Shown: piece after piece, positions 1 through 13,281 of the stretch
How the letters are laid out: each line of letters begins with the position of its first letter
Numbering within the stretch: position 1 is the first letter of the stretch
Assembly (NCBI RefSeq): GCF_900095195.1
Contig: NZ_LT606950.1
Location: forward strand, 30,001-62,000
Origin: Polynucleobacter necessarius
Lineage (GTDB): Bacteria; Pseudomonadota; Gammaproteobacteria; Burkholderiales; Burkholderiaceae
Direction of reading: 5' to 3'
Length of the DNA stretch: 32,000 bases
Translations under genes and position numbers: made by a program
Notes under the pieces: model-generated
What the model was told of the DNA's origin: nothing
Seen by the model: only the letters and a program-made list of their open reading frames with translations
Database searches by the model: none

Positions 1-2687
<2,687 letters not shown>

Positions 2688-2725
2688 TTAATACTGATAG
2701 ACATAAAAGATACCAAGGATTCGAT

Positions 2726-4189
2726 ATGGGTAAGGTCACTGGATTTATGGAGTTTGAGCGCGTCGATGAGACATACGAAGCGCCCACTAAACGTCTCCAC
2801 CATTACAAAGAGTTTGTTGCTGCATTAACGGATGAAGAAGCAAAAGTTCAGGGAGCGCGTTGCATGGACTGTGGCATTCCGTTTTGTAATAACGGCTGCC
2901 CAGTGAACAATATCATTCCCGACTTCAATGACTTGGTATTTCATAGTGACTGGAAAAATGCACTGGATGTATTGCAGTCAACCAATAACTTCCCGGAATT
3001 TACTGGCCGCATTTGTCCAGCGCCTTGCGAGGCCGCATGTACATTGGGCATCAATCGTGCGCCAGTGGGTATTAAATCCATTGAGCACGCCATCATTGAT
3101 AAAGGCTGGGAAAGTGGTTGGGTAAAACCACAGCCATCGAAAACAAAACCCGGCAAAAAAGTGGCAATCGTTGGCGGTGGGCCTGCAGGCATGGCTGCTG
3201 CTCAGCAATTGGCGCGCGTTGGTCATGATGTAACTGTTTTTGAAAAGAATGATCGTATTGGCGGTTTACTCCGTTACGGCATCCCCGACTTCAAAATGGA
3301 GAAATGGCTTATCGATCGTCGCGTAGAGCAAATGCAAGCCGAAGGCGTGAAATTTGAAACCGGTGTTTTTGTTGGTAAGGAAGCAATAGGCGCTGCGGTC
3401 AAAAATTACTCGACCAAGACGGTTTCCCCAGATCAGCTCATGAAAGATTTTGACGCAGTGGTGATCACTGGTGGCGCTGAGCAGCCTCGTGATCTTCCTG
3501 TTCCGGGCCGTGAGCTTGATGGCGTTCATTTCGCATTGGAGTTTTTGATTCCACAAAACAAAGAAAACGCTGGCGACTTTAAGAATGAAATTCGGGCAAC
3601 GGACAAAAATGTCGTAGTGATTGGTGGTGGTGATACAGGCTCTGATTGTGTGGGCACTTCAAATCGCCATGGCGCAACGAAGATTACCCAATTTGAATTA
3701 TTGCCACAGCCGCCAGAAGTTGAAAATAAGCCATTGGTATGGCCGTACTGGCCAACGAAGCTTCGCACTTCTTCTTCTCATGAAGAGGGTTGCGATCGCG
3801 ATTGGTCGGTTGGTACGAAGCGTTTTGAAGGTAAAAACGGCAAAGTTGAAAAACTAATTGGCGTTCGCCTGGAATGGAAAGACGGAAAAATGTCAGAAGT
3901 TCCAAATTCTGAATTTGAGATCAAGGCCGATTTGGTGCTTTTAGCAATGGGCTTTGTTTCACCAGTTCAGCAAGTTCTGAATGCATTTGGTGTTGAAAAG
4001 GACGCTCGTGGTAACGCTAAAGCAACCGTAGAGGGTCAAAATGCCTATCAAACGAATGTTCCGAAAGCATTTGCTGCGGGAGATATGCGTCGTGGGCAAT
4101 CCTTGGTAGTTTGGGCAATACGTGAAGGTCGTCAATGCGCCCAGGCAGTAGACCAATATTTGATGGGATCATCCGTTTTGCCCCGATAA
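2726..4189 (+). CDS. gltD: Glutamate synthase small (NADPH) subunit
   Basis: Fe-S cysteine clusters CMDCGIPFC and CPAPCEAAC. Dinucleotide folds [14 protein letters not shown] and [13 protein letters not shown]. Starts 38 nt after gltB. Confidence 0.95.
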   Translation: MGKVTGFMEFERVDETYEAPTKRLHHYKEFVAALTDEEAKVQGARCMDCGIPFCNNGCPVNNIIPDFNDLVFHSDWKNALDVLQSTNNFPEFTGRICPAPCEAACTLGINRAPVGIKSIEHAIIDKGWESGWVKPQPSKTKPGKKVAIVGGGPAGMAAAQQLARVGHDVTVFEKNDRIGGLLRYGIPDFKMEKWLIDRRVEQMQAEGVKFETGVFVGKEAIGAAVKNYSTKTVSPDQLMKDFDAVVITGGAEQPRDLPVPGRELDGVHFALEFLIPQNKENAGDFKNEIRATDKNVVVIGGGDTGSDCVGTSNRHGATKITQFELLPQPPEVENKPLVWPYWPTKLRTSSSHEEGCDRDWSVGTKRFEGKNGKVEKLIGVRLEWKDGKMSEVPNSEFEIKADLVLLAMGFVSPVQQVLNAFGVEKDARGNAKATVEGQNAYQTNVPKAFAAGDMRRGQSLVVWAIREGRQCAQAVDQYLMGSSVLPR

Positions 4190-4199
4190 TATCGGGGAT

Positions 4200-5048
4200 A
4201 TGAATAGTTCGTTTCCAAGCGCATTGGATACTAAAAAATCCCTAGGTGATGTTGTCGTTGCTATCAAGGACGTCGACTTCTCCTATGCGCCTGGCGAACG
4301 ACAAATTCTGTCGGGACTCAATATGGAGTTTCGGCGTGGTCAAGTCGTTGCGGTCATGGGCGGATCGGGATGCGGCAAAACGACAATCCTGAGATTAATT
4401 GGCGGCCAATTTACAGCGCAATCTGGGCAAGTTTTCTTTGAAGGCAAAGACATCGGTACGATGTCGGGTAGCCAATTGATGCAAGCACGTCGTCGCATGG
4501 GCATGCTGTTTCAGTTTGGTGCGCTATTCACAGACCTTAGTGTTTTTGAAAATGTTGCATTTCCATTGCGCGAGCATACCAATCTGAGTGAAGAGCTTTT
4601 GCGTTCGCTAGTGTTGATGAAACTAAATGCAGTAGGTTTGCGTGGAGCTCGTGATTTAATGCCCTCGCAAATTTCTGGAGGCATGGCAAGACGTGTTGCG
4701 CTCGCTAGAGCAATTGCTTTAGATCCGCCGCTCATCATGTATGACGAGCCCTTTGCGGGCTTAGACCCGATCTCCTTGGGCATCACCGCACGGTTAATTC
4801 GAGATTTAAACGATGCCCTGGGAGCCACGAGTTTATTGGTGACTCACGATGTTGAGGAAACCTTTGAAATTGCAGGTTATGTGTACTTCATTGCCAATGG
4901 AAAGATTGGCGCGCAAGGCACTCCAGAAGAATTAAGTCGCTCTACCGATCCATTTGTTCGCCAGTTTCTAGACGCTGCCCCGGATGGTCCAGTACCGTTT
5001 CATTATCCAGGTCAAAGCTTTAAGGATGATTTTGGAGTGAGGGCCTAA
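4200..5048 (+). CDS. mlaF: Phospholipid (Mla) ABC transporter ATP-binding protein
   Basis: Walker [10 protein letters not shown], signature [13 protein letters not shown], Walker B LIMYDEPF. First gene of an mlaFED-like set. Confidence 0.85.
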   Translation: MNSSFPSALDTKKSLGDVVVAIKDVDFSYAPGERQILSGLNMEFRRGQVVAVMGGSGCGKTTILRLIGGQFTAQSGQVFFEGKDIGTMSGSQLMQARRRMGMLFQFGALFTDLSVFENVAFPLREHTNLSEELLRSLVLMKLNAVGLRGARDLMPSQISGGMARRVALARAIALDPPLIMYDEPFAGLDPISLGITARLIRDLNDALGATSLLVTHDVEETFEIAGYVYFIANGKIGAQGTPEELSRSTDPFVRQFLDAAPDGPVPFHYPGQSFKDDFGVRA

Positions 5049-5845
5049 TGCCTCTATTACAGGCGTTGCTTAATCTATTTGGGGACCTTGGGTTTTTTAT
5101 TCATCGCAATTTGACTAGTCTTAGTTTAGCTGCACGAATGTTTGTTGCAGTCATTTGGCGCTCTGGCTTTTTACTAAAAAGACCGCGTTTAGTAATTGAC
5201 CAAATACTCATTGTTGGCAATCATTCGTTTGTGATCATTGCCGTATCTGGCTTGTTCGTCGGATTTGTATTGGGGTTGCAAGGTTATTACACACTCAATC
5301 GTTATGGTTCAGAGCAGGCATTAGGTTTGCTAGTTGCCCTATCTCTAACCCGTGAACTGGGTCCAGTGATTACCGCCTTGTTATTTGCAGGGCGCGCTGG
5401 CACGTCCTTGACCGCCGAGATTGGGTTAATGAAAGCAGGCGAGCAACTAACTGCTATGGAAATGATGGCGGTTGATCCATTAGGTCGCGTGATTGCCCCG
5501 CGCCTTTGGGCGGGCATTATTTCAATGCCGTTGCTGACTACCATCTTTACGGCAGTGGGTGTATTGGGCGGCTATTTTGTTGGCGTGCCGTTAATTGGAG
5601 TTGATTCAGGGGCATTTTGGTCGCAGATGCAAGGTGGTGTTGACCTCTTTTCTGATATTGGAAACGGCTTAATTAAGAGTTTGGTTTTTGGTGTGGCGGT
5701 GACATTTATTGCCTTGTATCAAGGCTATGAAGCAAGACCTACCCCTGAAGGTGTTTCACAGGCAACCACGCGGACTGTGGTAATTTCGTCATTGTCAGTG
5801 TTGGCGTTAGATTTCTTGCTCACCGCATTGATGTTCTCGAACTAG
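5048..5845 (+). CDS. mlaE: Mla ABC transporter permease
   Basis: Polytopic membrane protein with the MlaE-type block [35 protein letters not shown] stop/start overlap with mlaF. Confidence 0.85.
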   Translation: MPLLQALLNLFGDLGFFIHRNLTSLSLAARMFVAVIWRSGFLLKRPRLVIDQILIVGNHSFVIIAVSGLFVGFVLGLQGYYTLNRYGSEQALGLLVALSLTRELGPVITALLFAGRAGTSLTAEIGLMKAGEQLTAMEMMAVDPLGRVIAPRLWAGIISMPLLTTIFTAVGVLGGYFVGVPLIGVDSGAFWSQMQGGVDLFSDIGNGLIKSLVFGVAVTFIALYQGYEARPTPEGVSQATTRTVVISSLSVLALDFLLTALMFSN

Positions 5846-5866
5846 AAAGAATAAACTGAGGCCCTT

Positions 5867-6349
5867 ATGAGAAAAAGTGCAATTGATGTCTGGGTAGGAA
5901 TTTTTGTTGCCATCGGCCTGTTGGCGGCATTATTTTTGGCCTTGAAGGTGGGCAATATGAATGCTGTCTCATTTGCACCGACATACAAAATTTCCGCTCG
6001 CTTTGACAATATCGGCGGCTTGAAGCCTCGCGCTCCTGTAAAAAGTGCCGGCGTTGTCGTTGGTCGCATTGCCAATATTGCGTTCGATGACAAAATCTAT
6101 CAGGCAACCGTGGTGATGACGATCGATGAGTCTTATAAGTTTCCCAAGGATTCCTCCGCAAAGATTTTGACTTCAGGCTTGCTGGGCGAGCAATATATTG
6201 GTCTAGAAGCGGGTGGATCTGACGATATGTTGGCAAATGGAGAGAAGATTACCCAGACACAATCTGCAATTGTTCTTGAGAATTTAATTAGCCAGTTTTT
6301 GTACAACAAGGCTGCAGACAGTGGTCAAGAAAAAGGCGCTACAAAATAA
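5867..6349 (+). CDS. mlaD: MCE-domain periplasmic substrate-binding component
   Basis: N-terminal TM helix (VWVGIFVAIGLLAALFLAL) followed by an MCE-like domain (GGLKPRAPVKSAGVVVGRI). Lies after mlaE. Confidence 0.8.
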   Translation: MRKSAIDVWVGIFVAIGLLAALFLALKVGNMNAVSFAPTYKISARFDNIGGLKPRAPVKSAGVVVGRIANIAFDDKIYQATVVMTIDESYKFPKDSSAKILTSGLLGEQYIGLEAGGSDDMLANGEKITQTQSAIVLENLISQFLYNKAADSGQEKGATK

Positions 6350-7107
6350 TGTTTTGGGTGTGCAGGCTCACAAGCCAAATAAAGCAATTGCTTTTGCTGC
6401 TGGTAGCCGCCAGCTTAGTGGGTTGTGCCTCGATTCCGGCTGGTGTTGAGCCATCCCCGCAAGATCCTTGGGAATCCTTTAATCGCTCTGTGTTTGAATT
6501 TAACGAAGGTCTTGATGCTTGCCTCCTCAAGCCCGTAGTGGCAGGCTATCGTTTCGTACTCCCAGAGTTTGTGCGCGAAGGAATTTATAACTTCTTTAGC
6601 AACTACAACGATATTTACACCGCATTATTTAATTTGTTGCAAGGTAAGCCAGGTTACGCATTTAATGACTTCATGCGAGTTGTCGTTAATACGACGATGG
6701 GTCTGGGTGGCTTGATCGATTTGGCAACGCCAGGTGGTCTTGAAAAGCATAAAGAGGATTGGGGGCAAACCTTGGGTGTATGGGGTGTCCCAGCGGGTCC
6801 TTATGTAGTCTTACCCTTCTTTGGTCCCAGCAATGTACGAGACACCTTTGGTACCGTGGCGGACTTGGAGTCTGACTACCTATTTAGATTGCTGCCGAAC
6901 GTTGCATTAAGAAATAGCATCACCGGATTACGTGTTGTAAACGCTAGGAATACTTATTACGAGGCGGGTGATTTGCTCGATGGTGCAGCCATAGATAAAT
7001 ACAGTTTTATGCGCGATGCCTATATTCAGCGACGTGAGTATCAAGTTAATGAAGGTCGCGATGACGAAGAGCCGCTCATGCCGGTCTACGAAAACCCGTA
7101 CGAATAA
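6349..7107 (+). CDS. mlaA: VacJ/MlaA outer-membrane lipoprotein
   Basis: Lipobox LVGC after a hydrophobic leader. VacJ-family block DPWESFNRSVFEFNEGLD. TAATG overlap with mlaD. The exact start is uncertain. Confidence 0.8.
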   Translation: MFWVCRLTSQIKQLLLLLVAASLVGCASIPAGVEPSPQDPWESFNRSVFEFNEGLDACLLKPVVAGYRFVLPEFVREGIYNFFSNYNDIYTALFNLLQGKPGYAFNDFMRVVVNTTMGLGGLIDLATPGGLEKHKEDWGQTLGVWGVPAGPYVVLPFFGPSNVRDTFGTVADLESDYLFRLLPNVALRNSITGLRVVNARNTYYEAGDLLDGAAIDKYSFMRDAYIQRREYQVNEGRDDEEPLMPVYENPYE

Positions 7108-7178
7108 ATAAGCTGTTAGCGGGCTAAAATGAGCCCTTATTGACTGAATTAGAAATAACGACCAAGCGAGCTAAATTA

Positions 7179-7820
7179 ATGAAAAAATGCGGATGGATTT
7201 CAAGTGTTTTAGCGGCTGTCTCACTGAGCTTTTCAAGCCCCCTATTTGCGCAAGCTCCGGATCAGACGACCCCACCAGATGCATTAATCAAGATGGTCGT
7301 TACTGAGGTCATGGCTTCTGTAAAAGCCGATCCTGAAATTCAGAAAGGGAATATCCCCAAAATTGTTGATTTAGTGGAAAAGAAAATCGTTCCCTATGCC
7401 GACATGCGTCGCACTACGGAAATGGCAATGGGGCCGAATTGGAAAAAAGCGACACCTGAACAACAGGCGCAACTCACTTTTGAGTTTAAGGGGCTGCTTA
7501 TCCGAACCTATTCCGGTGCGTTGAGTCAGTTACGCGATCAGACTGTGCAATTTAAAACGCTTCGCGCAGCACCAGACGATAAAGAGGTCGTTGTGAAGAC
7601 TGTTGTATTAGGTCGCGGCGATCCCGTGCCATTGGACTACCATTTAGAAAAAACCGATAAGGGTTGGAAGGTCTACGATATGAACATCATGGGCGTATGG
7701 CTTGTAGAGGCCTACCGCAATCAATTTGCGAATCAAATTAGCCAGAATGGTATCGAGGGCCTTGTGAAATTTTTGCAAGAGCGTAATAAGCAGTTAGCTG
7801 CCGCAAAACCTGCAAATTAA
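7179..7820 (+). CDS. mlaC: Periplasmic MlaC/Ttg2D-family lipid-binding protein
   Basis: Signal peptide MKKCGWISSVLAAVSLSFSSPLFAQA. Ttg2D-like C-terminal block GWKVYDMNIMGVWLVEAYRNQF. I prefer the ATG at 7179 over the TTG at 7140 used by the ORF track. Confidence 0.75.
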   Translation: MKKCGWISSVLAAVSLSFSSPLFAQAPDQTTPPDALIKMVVTEVMASVKADPEIQKGNIPKIVDLVEKKIVPYADMRRTTEMAMGPNWKKATPEQQAQLTFEFKGLLIRTYSGALSQLRDQTVQFKTLRAAPDDKEVVVKTVVLGRGDPVPLDYHLEKTDKGWKVYDMNIMGVWLVEAYRNQFANQISQNGIEGLVKFLQERNKQLAAAKPAN

Positions 7821-7830
7821 TTCTAGAAAT

Positions 7831-8088
7831 ATGCCCTTTCTTTTGCCGCAAATAGTTACAGAAGCAAATGCTCTGCAGTTGGAGAAAGAGGGTGTGATGA
7901 ACATTTCGTCTTTGCAAACGATTGATTGTTCAGCGCTGACTGATTTTGATTCAACAGTATTAACGGTGTTTCTGGCTTGGCAAAAAAAGTTACAAGCGGA
8001 TGGAATAAAAATGGCGCTTGAGCGGCCACCTGAAAAATTAAAAGTGCTAGCCAGTGTCTATGGCGTCTCAGAATTGTTGGGTTTATAA
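7831..8088 (+). CDS. mlaB: Small STAS-domain protein (MlaB-like)
   Basis: 85-aa acidic protein in the position that follows mlaC in mla operons. The call rests mainly on context and size. Confidence 0.55.
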   Translation: MPFLLPQIVTEANALQLEKEGVMNISSLQTIDCSALTDFDSTVLTVFLAWQKKLQADGIKMALERPPEKLKVLASVYGVSELLGL

Positions 8089-8090
8089 AC

Positions 8091-8843
8091 GTGCATTCTG
8101 CGATATCAATAAAACATGCATCAAAGCATTACGGAGCTCTTCAGGCTCTTGACGATGTTTCTTTGGAGATTGAGTCGGGAGAATTTTTTGGGCTTTTGGG
8201 CCCCAATGGCGCTGGAAAGTCTACGCTCATTTCGATCTTGGCGGGCTTAGTAAGGGCGGATAAAGGGCAGGCGGCCATTCTTGGGGCAGATGTGCAAAGC
8301 GCTTTCCGTGAGGCCCGCCGCATGCTTGGTGTAGTTCCTCAAGAATTGGTTTTTGATCCATTCTTTACAGTACGTGAAACTTTGCGCTTTCAGTCAGGTT
8401 ACTTTGGCATTCGTAAGAACGATGCATGGATCGATGAGATCATGGCGAATTTGGATCTGACTGGTAAAGCCGATAGCAATATGCGCGCGTTATCTGGTGG
8501 AATGAAGCGCCGAGTCTTGGTTGCGCAAGCATTAGTACATCGTCCCCCTGTGATTATTCTGGATGAGCCAACTGCTGGCGTAGATGTGGAGTTGCGTCAG
8601 TCTTTGTGGCAATTCATCAGTCGCCTAAACCAAGATGGGCATACGATCGTATTGACCACGCACTACTTGGAAGAAGCGGAAGCTTTATGCCAACGAATTG
8701 CAATGCTGAAACAAGGCAAAATTGTTGCGCTCGATATCATCGCCAATTTATTAACGCGCTACGGCTCGAATAAAAAAAATGGTGATGGCAGAATGGACCT
8801 CGAAGATGTTTTTGTGAACATCATGTCGGGGAGCGCATTGTGA
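8091..8843 (+). CDS. ABC-2 type exporter ATP-binding protein
   Basis: GTG start. Walker A GPNGAGKST, signature LSGGMKRRVLVAQA, Walker B VIILDEPT, terminal LEDVFV motif. 4-nt GTGA overlap with the permease gene. Confidence 0.85.
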   Translation: MHSAISIKHASKHYGALQALDDVSLEIESGEFFGLLGPNGAGKSTLISILAGLVRADKGQAAILGADVQSAFREARRMLGVVPQELVFDPFFTVRETLRFQSGYFGIRKNDAWIDEIMANLDLTGKADSNMRALSGGMKRRVLVAQALVHRPPVIILDEPTAGVDVELRQSLWQFISRLNQDGHTIVLTTHYLEEAEALCQRIAMLKQGKIVALDIIANLLTRYGSNKKNGDGRMDLEDVFVNIMSGSAL

Positions 8844-9640
8844 TTAATCGTTTACAAAGAGTGCTAAATAAGCCGGCGCTTGAATACGGCAGCGGTTTCC
8901 CGACACTTCTCTTCAAAGAAGTAAAGCGCTTTTATAAGGTGGCTTTCCAAACAGTTGCGGCTCCTGTCTTAACAGCTATTTTGTATTTAATGATTTTTGG
9001 CCATGTATTGGATGGTAAAGAGGTTTACGGTCGCCTGAGCTACACAGCATTCTTAATTCCTGGCCTGGTGATGATGAGTGTTTTGCAAAATGCGTTTGCA
9101 AATACCTCATCTTCATTGATTCAATCGAAGATTACTGGCAATCTTGTCTTTATATTACTTGCGCCACTAAGTCACTTTGAGTTTTATGCGGCATATATTT
9201 TGGCGGCGGTATTCCGAGGGATTGTCGTGGGCTTCGGCGTATTTATCATCACAATCTGGTTTGGTATGCCTACGTTGGAATACCCGATTTGGATTTTGGT
9301 ATTTGCGTTCTTGGGGGCGGCAATATTGGGAAGCTTGGGCTTGATTGCCGGCATCATGGCAGATAAGTTTGATCAGCTTGCGGCGTTTCAAAATTTCATC
9401 ATCATGCCTGCGACCATGCTGTCCGGTGTTTTTTATTCCATTCATTCGCTACCGCCAGCCTGGCAAGTCGTGCCCCATTTCAACCCAATTTTTTACATGA
9501 TCGATGGTTTTCGCTTTGGCTTTTTTGGAGTGTCCGATGTTGCCCCATGGAGCAGCCTAGCAATCGTGTTGTGTTTCTTTATTGTCGTCTCGGCTATTGC
9601 TTTGCGTCTATTGCAAAAGGGCTACAAGCTGCGCCATTAA
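8840..9640 (+). CDS. ABC-2 type exporter permease
   Basis: About six hydrophobic segments, YadH/ABC-2-like. Translationally coupled to the upstream ATPase. Confidence 0.8.
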   Translation: MINRLQRVLNKPALEYGSGFPTLLFKEVKRFYKVAFQTVAAPVLTAILYLMIFGHVLDGKEVYGRLSYTAFLIPGLVMMSVLQNAFANTSSSLIQSKITGNLVFILLAPLSHFEFYAAYILAAVFRGIVVGFGVFIITIWFGMPTLEYPIWILVFAFLGAAILGSLGLIAGIMADKFDQLAAFQNFIIMPATMLSGVFYSIHSLPPAWQVVPHFNPIFYMIDGFRFGFFGVSDVAPWSSLAIVLCFFIVVSAIALRLLQKGYKLRH

Positions 9641-9685
9641 TCATTAAATTTTAGAAATCAAATTCGTGCGTTTTTGGAGAGAAGG

Positions 9686-9934
9686 ATGTTGCCAACCCCT
9701 GAGCAAATTGAGGGCTATATTAAGCAAGGAATTCAATGCACCCATATCCAAGTCGAGGGTGATGGACAACATTTTTTTGCCACCATTGTTAGTCCAGAGT
9801 TTGAGGGCAAGCGTTTAGTGCAACGGCATCAGTTGGTTTATGGCGCAATGGGTGATCGCATGAAGGCTGAAGTACATGCCCTATCAATCAAAGCATTTAC
9901 CCCCGAAGAGTTTGCACAAAGTTCTGCACAATAA
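9686..9934 (+). CDS. ibaG: BolA-family protein (IbaG/YrbA-like)
   Basis: Small BolA-like sequence (HFFATIVSPEFEGKRLVQRHQLVY). The ATG at 9686 is preceded by GGAGAGAAGG. Sits between the mla cluster and murA, as in E. coli. Confidence 0.7.
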   Translation: MLPTPEQIEGYIKQGIQCTHIQVEGDGQHFFATIVSPEFEGKRLVQRHQLVYGAMGDRMKAEVHALSIKAFTPEEFAQSSAQ

Positions 9935-9976
9935 AATTATTAAATTAGGCTAAATAGCCATTACTGGAATCGTTTC

Positions 9977-11251
9977 ATGGATAAATTACGAATGGTTGGC
10001 GGAACCCCCTTAAAAGGTGAGGTCAAAATTGCTGGTGCTAAAAATGCCGCATTACCCATTCTGTGTGCATGTTTGTTGACGGATGAGCCGGTGGTTTTGC
10101 GTAATCTTCCAGACTTACAAGATGTGCGAACGATGCTCAAACTTTTGCAAGAAATTGGTGTCGCTGTGAGCTTCCCCAATCCAAGCGATCGCAATCATGT
10201 TGTACTGAATGCAGCAGTCATTAAGAGCTCAGAGGCAACCTATGAAATGGTTAAAACGATGCGCGCCTCGATTTTGGTTCTTGGCCCATTGCTTGCCAGA
10301 ATGCATAGCGCGAAGGTTTCTTTGCCAGGCGGTTGCGCGATCGGTGCCCGTCCTGTAGACCAGCACATAAAAGGCTTAAAAGCCATGGGCGCGAGCACCA
10401 AGATTAAGAGTGGCTATATTCAGGCTGAAACCAAGCCGCTATCGGAGCGCCTCAAAGGCGCCTCTATTCTGACGGACATGATTACAGTCACCGGTACAGA
10501 AAATTTACTGATGGCTGCAACACTGGCTTCTGGTACTACCGTTCTAGAAAATGCTGCGCGCGAGCCAGAGGTGGGTGACCTAGCTGAATTGCTAGTCAAA
10601 ATGGGCGCGAATATTTCTGGAGTTGGCACCGATCGTCTAGTAATTGAAGGTGTTGAAAAATTGCATGGTGCAGAACATTCTGTAATTCCGGATCGCATCG
10701 AGGCAGGTACTTTCCTTTGCGCAGTCGCTGCGGTTGGTGGGGGGGTGTTGGTCAAAGATTGTCGTCCAGATACTTTAGATGCGGTGATGGTGAAGCTGAG
10801 GGAGGCGGGGCTGCAAATGGAGGTAGGTCCCGATTGGATCAAGGCATCAATGCAGGGCCGCCCTAAAGCAGTGAGTTTTCGAACGTCCGAGTACCCTGCG
10901 TTTCCAACGGATATGCAGGCACAACTCATGGCTGTGAATGCCGTTGCTAGCGGCAGCTCCATGATCACAGAAACGATTTTTGAGAATCGCTTTATGCATG
11001 TTCAAGAGCTAAATCGTCTTGGAGCGGATATTGCAATTGAGGGTAATACGGCGATTTCACAGGGTGTAGATAAACTTTCGGGCGCGATCGTGATGGCTGC
11101 CGACCTGCGTGCTTCTGCCAGTTTGGTTATTGCTGGTTTGGCTGCTCAAGGCGAAACCCAGGTGGACCGGATTTACCATTTAGATCGTGGTTATGACCGC
11201 ATGGAACAAAAGCTAACCCTTCTGGGCGCCAATATTGAACGCGTGAAGTAA
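9977..11251 (+). CDS. murA: UDP-N-acetylglucosamine 1-carboxyvinyltransferase
   Basis: Full-length 424 aa. N-terminus [27 protein letters not shown]. Active-site loop [15 protein letters not shown]. Confidence 0.95.
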   Translation: MDKLRMVGGTPLKGEVKIAGAKNAALPILCACLLTDEPVVLRNLPDLQDVRTMLKLLQEIGVAVSFPNPSDRNHVVLNAAVIKSSEATYEMVKTMRASILVLGPLLARMHSAKVSLPGGCAIGARPVDQHIKGLKAMGASTKIKSGYIQAETKPLSERLKGASILTDMITVTGTENLLMAATLASGTTVLENAAREPEVGDLAELLVKMGANISGVGTDRLVIEGVEKLHGAEHSVIPDRIEAGTFLCAVAAVGGGVLVKDCRPDTLDAVMVKLREAGLQMEVGPDWIKASMQGRPKAVSFRTSEYPAFPTDMQAQLMAVNAVASGSSMITETIFENRFMHVQELNRLGADIAIEGNTAISQGVDKLSGAIVMAADLRASASLVIAGLAAQGETQVDRIYHLDRGYDRMEQKLTLLGANIERVK

Positions 11252-11282
11252 CTGACACGCCTAACTGGGCGATAATAACCTG

Positions 11283-11909
11283 ATGAAATTGACGTTGGCC
11301 CTCTCTAAAGGGCGTATTTTCGAAGAGACTGCAGAGATCCTCTCTAAGGTTGGTATTGTGCCAAAGGAGGATCCTGAGAAATCACGCAAACTGATCATCG
11401 AGACATCTAATCCCGATGTACGGTTGATTATCGTGCGCGCCTCAGATGTTTCGACATATGTGCTATTCGGGGGAGCAGACATTGGCGTCGCGGGTCTAGA
11501 TGTATTGATGGAAAAAGGCACGGATGGCTTGTACGTTCCTTACGATTTGAACATTGCAAAGTGTCGGATGTCCGTGGCGGTCCGTGAAGGTTTTGATTAT
11601 GCCGCCGCTGTCCAGCAGGGGTCGCGTTTGAAAGTTGCCACAAAATACGTTAATTGCGCTCGTGAACACTTTGCGAACAAAGGTGTGCATGTCGATACCA
11701 TTCAGCTTTATGGTTCTATGGAACTCGCCCCATTAGTTGGTTTGGCAGATGCAATTGTTGACTTAGTTTCTACTGGCAACACTCTCAAAGCCAATGGCTT
11801 AGTGGAAGTGGAGCCCATCGCTGATATCAGTGCGCGTTTGATCGTCAATCAAGCTTCCTATAAACGTAAGCGCACTCAACTACAGCCAATTTTTGAATTG
11901 CTGCAGTAA
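11283..11909 (+). CDS. hisG: ATP phosphoribosyltransferase, short form
   Basis: 208 aa, [15 protein letters not shown]... and [13 protein letters not shown]. It lacks the C-terminal regulatory domain of long-form HisG. Confidence 0.9.
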   Translation: MKLTLALSKGRIFEETAEILSKVGIVPKEDPEKSRKLIIETSNPDVRLIIVRASDVSTYVLFGGADIGVAGLDVLMEKGTDGLYVPYDLNIAKCRMSVAVREGFDYAAAVQQGSRLKVATKYVNCAREHFANKGVHVDTIQLYGSMELAPLVGLADAIVDLVSTGNTLKANGLVEVEPIADISARLIVNQASYKRKRTQLQPIFELLQ

Positions 11910-11940
11910 GCACATCGTCAATACTTAGCGGACACATTGC

Positions 11941-13281
11941 ATGTCTTCATCGATTGAGGTTAAGCGCCTCAATAGCCAGGATTTAGGTTTCAAGGAAACA
12001 CTGCTATCCAGCCTTTCATTGCCGACGGCTGATGATGTGGCCATCGATACCGCTGTGGTAAAAATTTTGTCAGCGGTGAAGGAGCAAGGAGACTCCTCGG
12101 TCCTCGCTTATACAAAGCAATTTGATCGGCTAAATGTTTCCAGCGTTTCGGATTTAGAAATTCCCCGTCAGGATCTAGAGTGCACCTATAGCGCCTTAGC
12201 GAACGAGCAGAAAAATGCGCTCGATATTGCTGCGAAACGAGTACGCGCATATCACGAGCGACAAAAGAGCGAAACGGGATGTCACTCTTGGGAATATGAA
12301 GAGGCCGATGGAACAAGATTGGGTCAGAAAGTGACGCCGTTGGATCGCGTGGGCATTTATGTGCCCGGTGGAAAAGCAGCTTACCCATCCTCGGTTTTGA
12401 TGAATGCAATTCCTGCCAAGGTTGCTGGTGTTGCTGAGGTCATCATGGTGGTGCCAACCCCGGATGGGGCGCGCAACTCTTTGGTATTGGCTGCAGCATA
12501 TTTGGCTGGTGTTGATCGCGTCTTTACGATTGGCGGTGCTCAGGCAGTGGCTGCCTTAGCCTATGGTACGAACACGATTCCTGCGGTGGACAAGATAGTT
12601 GGTCCAGGCAATGCTTACGTTGCTGCAGCCAAGCGAAGAGTATTCGGTACGGTGGGCATCGATATGATCGCCGGCCCATCTGAGATTTTGATCTTATGTG
12701 ATGGTTCTAGCAATCCTGCTTGGATTGCAATGGATTTGTTTTCTCAAGCCGAGCATGATGAACAAGCCCAATCGATTTTGCTATGTCCCGATGCTGGATT
12801 CATAGCGCAAGTTCAAGAAAGTATTGATCGTTTGCTCCCTGAGATGCCGCGGGCAAACGTGATTGAGACTTCATTAACGAAGCGAGCGTTACTCATTCAA
12901 GTCCAGGATATGAATGAAGCTTGTGACATTGCTAATGCGATTGCCGCAGAGCATTTGGAAATTTGTGCTGAAGATCCGCGGAAATGGGCTGAGAAGATTC
13001 GCCATGCAGGTGCTATTTTTATGGGAAATTACACCAGCGAATCCCTCGGCGATTATTGTGCTGGACCCAATCACGTCTTACCTACGGCCCGAACAGCGCG
13101 CTTTTCGTCGCCATTGGGCGTCTACGATTTTATTAAGCGCTCTAGCATGATTGAGGTGAGTGAGGCTGGCGCACAAACCTTGGGTAGGGCGGCGAGCACC
13201 CTAGCGCATGGCGAGGGTTTGCAAGCGCATGCTCGTGCTGCTGAAATGCGTGTATCTAAGTCATATGGGAACTATGACTAG
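11941..13281 (+). CDS. hisD: Histidinol dehydrogenase
   Basis: 446 aa with blocks [33 protein letters not shown] and [13 protein letters not shown]. Confidence 0.95.
   Translation: MSSSIEVKRLNSQDLGFKETLLSSLSLPTADDVAIDTAVVKILSAVKEQGDSSVLAYTKQFDRLNVSSVSDLEIPRQDLECTYSALANEQKNALDIAAKRVRAYHERQKSETGCHSWEYEEADGTRLGQKVTPLDRVGIYVPGGKAAYPSSVLMNAIPAKVAGVAEVIMVVPTPDGARNSLVLAAAYLAGVDRVFTIGGAQAVAALAYGTNTIPAVDKIVGPGNAYVAAAKRRVFGTVGIDMIAGPSEILILCDGSSNPAWIAMDLFSQAEHDEQAQSILLCPDAGFIAQVQESIDRLLPEMPRANVIETSLTKRALLIQVQDMNEACDIANAIAAEHLEICAEDPRKWAEKIRHAGAIFMGNYTSESLGDYCAGPNHVLPTARTARFSSPLGVYDFIKRSSMIEVSEAGAQTLGRAASTLAHGEGLQAHARAAEMRVSKSYGNYD

Noticed and set aside
8700-8843. The C-terminal region of the ABC-2 ATPase is short (250 aa, against ~308 aa for E. 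coli YadG) and contains an A8 run (8772-8779), which suggests a possible internal deletion.
   Set aside because: The frame is continuous, the terminal LEDVFV motif is in frame, and many family members are ~250 aa. There is no positive evidence of damage.
10420-10968. A 182-aa ORF antisense to murA. Similar antisense ORFs occur at 11990-12409 in hisD, 5865-6236 in mlaD, 14448-14825 in hisB and 15294-15611 in hisH.
   Set aside because: These are shadow ORFs lying entirely inside confidently identified genes. Their composition is low-complexity and Ser/Pro/Arg-rich, they have no recognisable motifs, and they lack start-site context.
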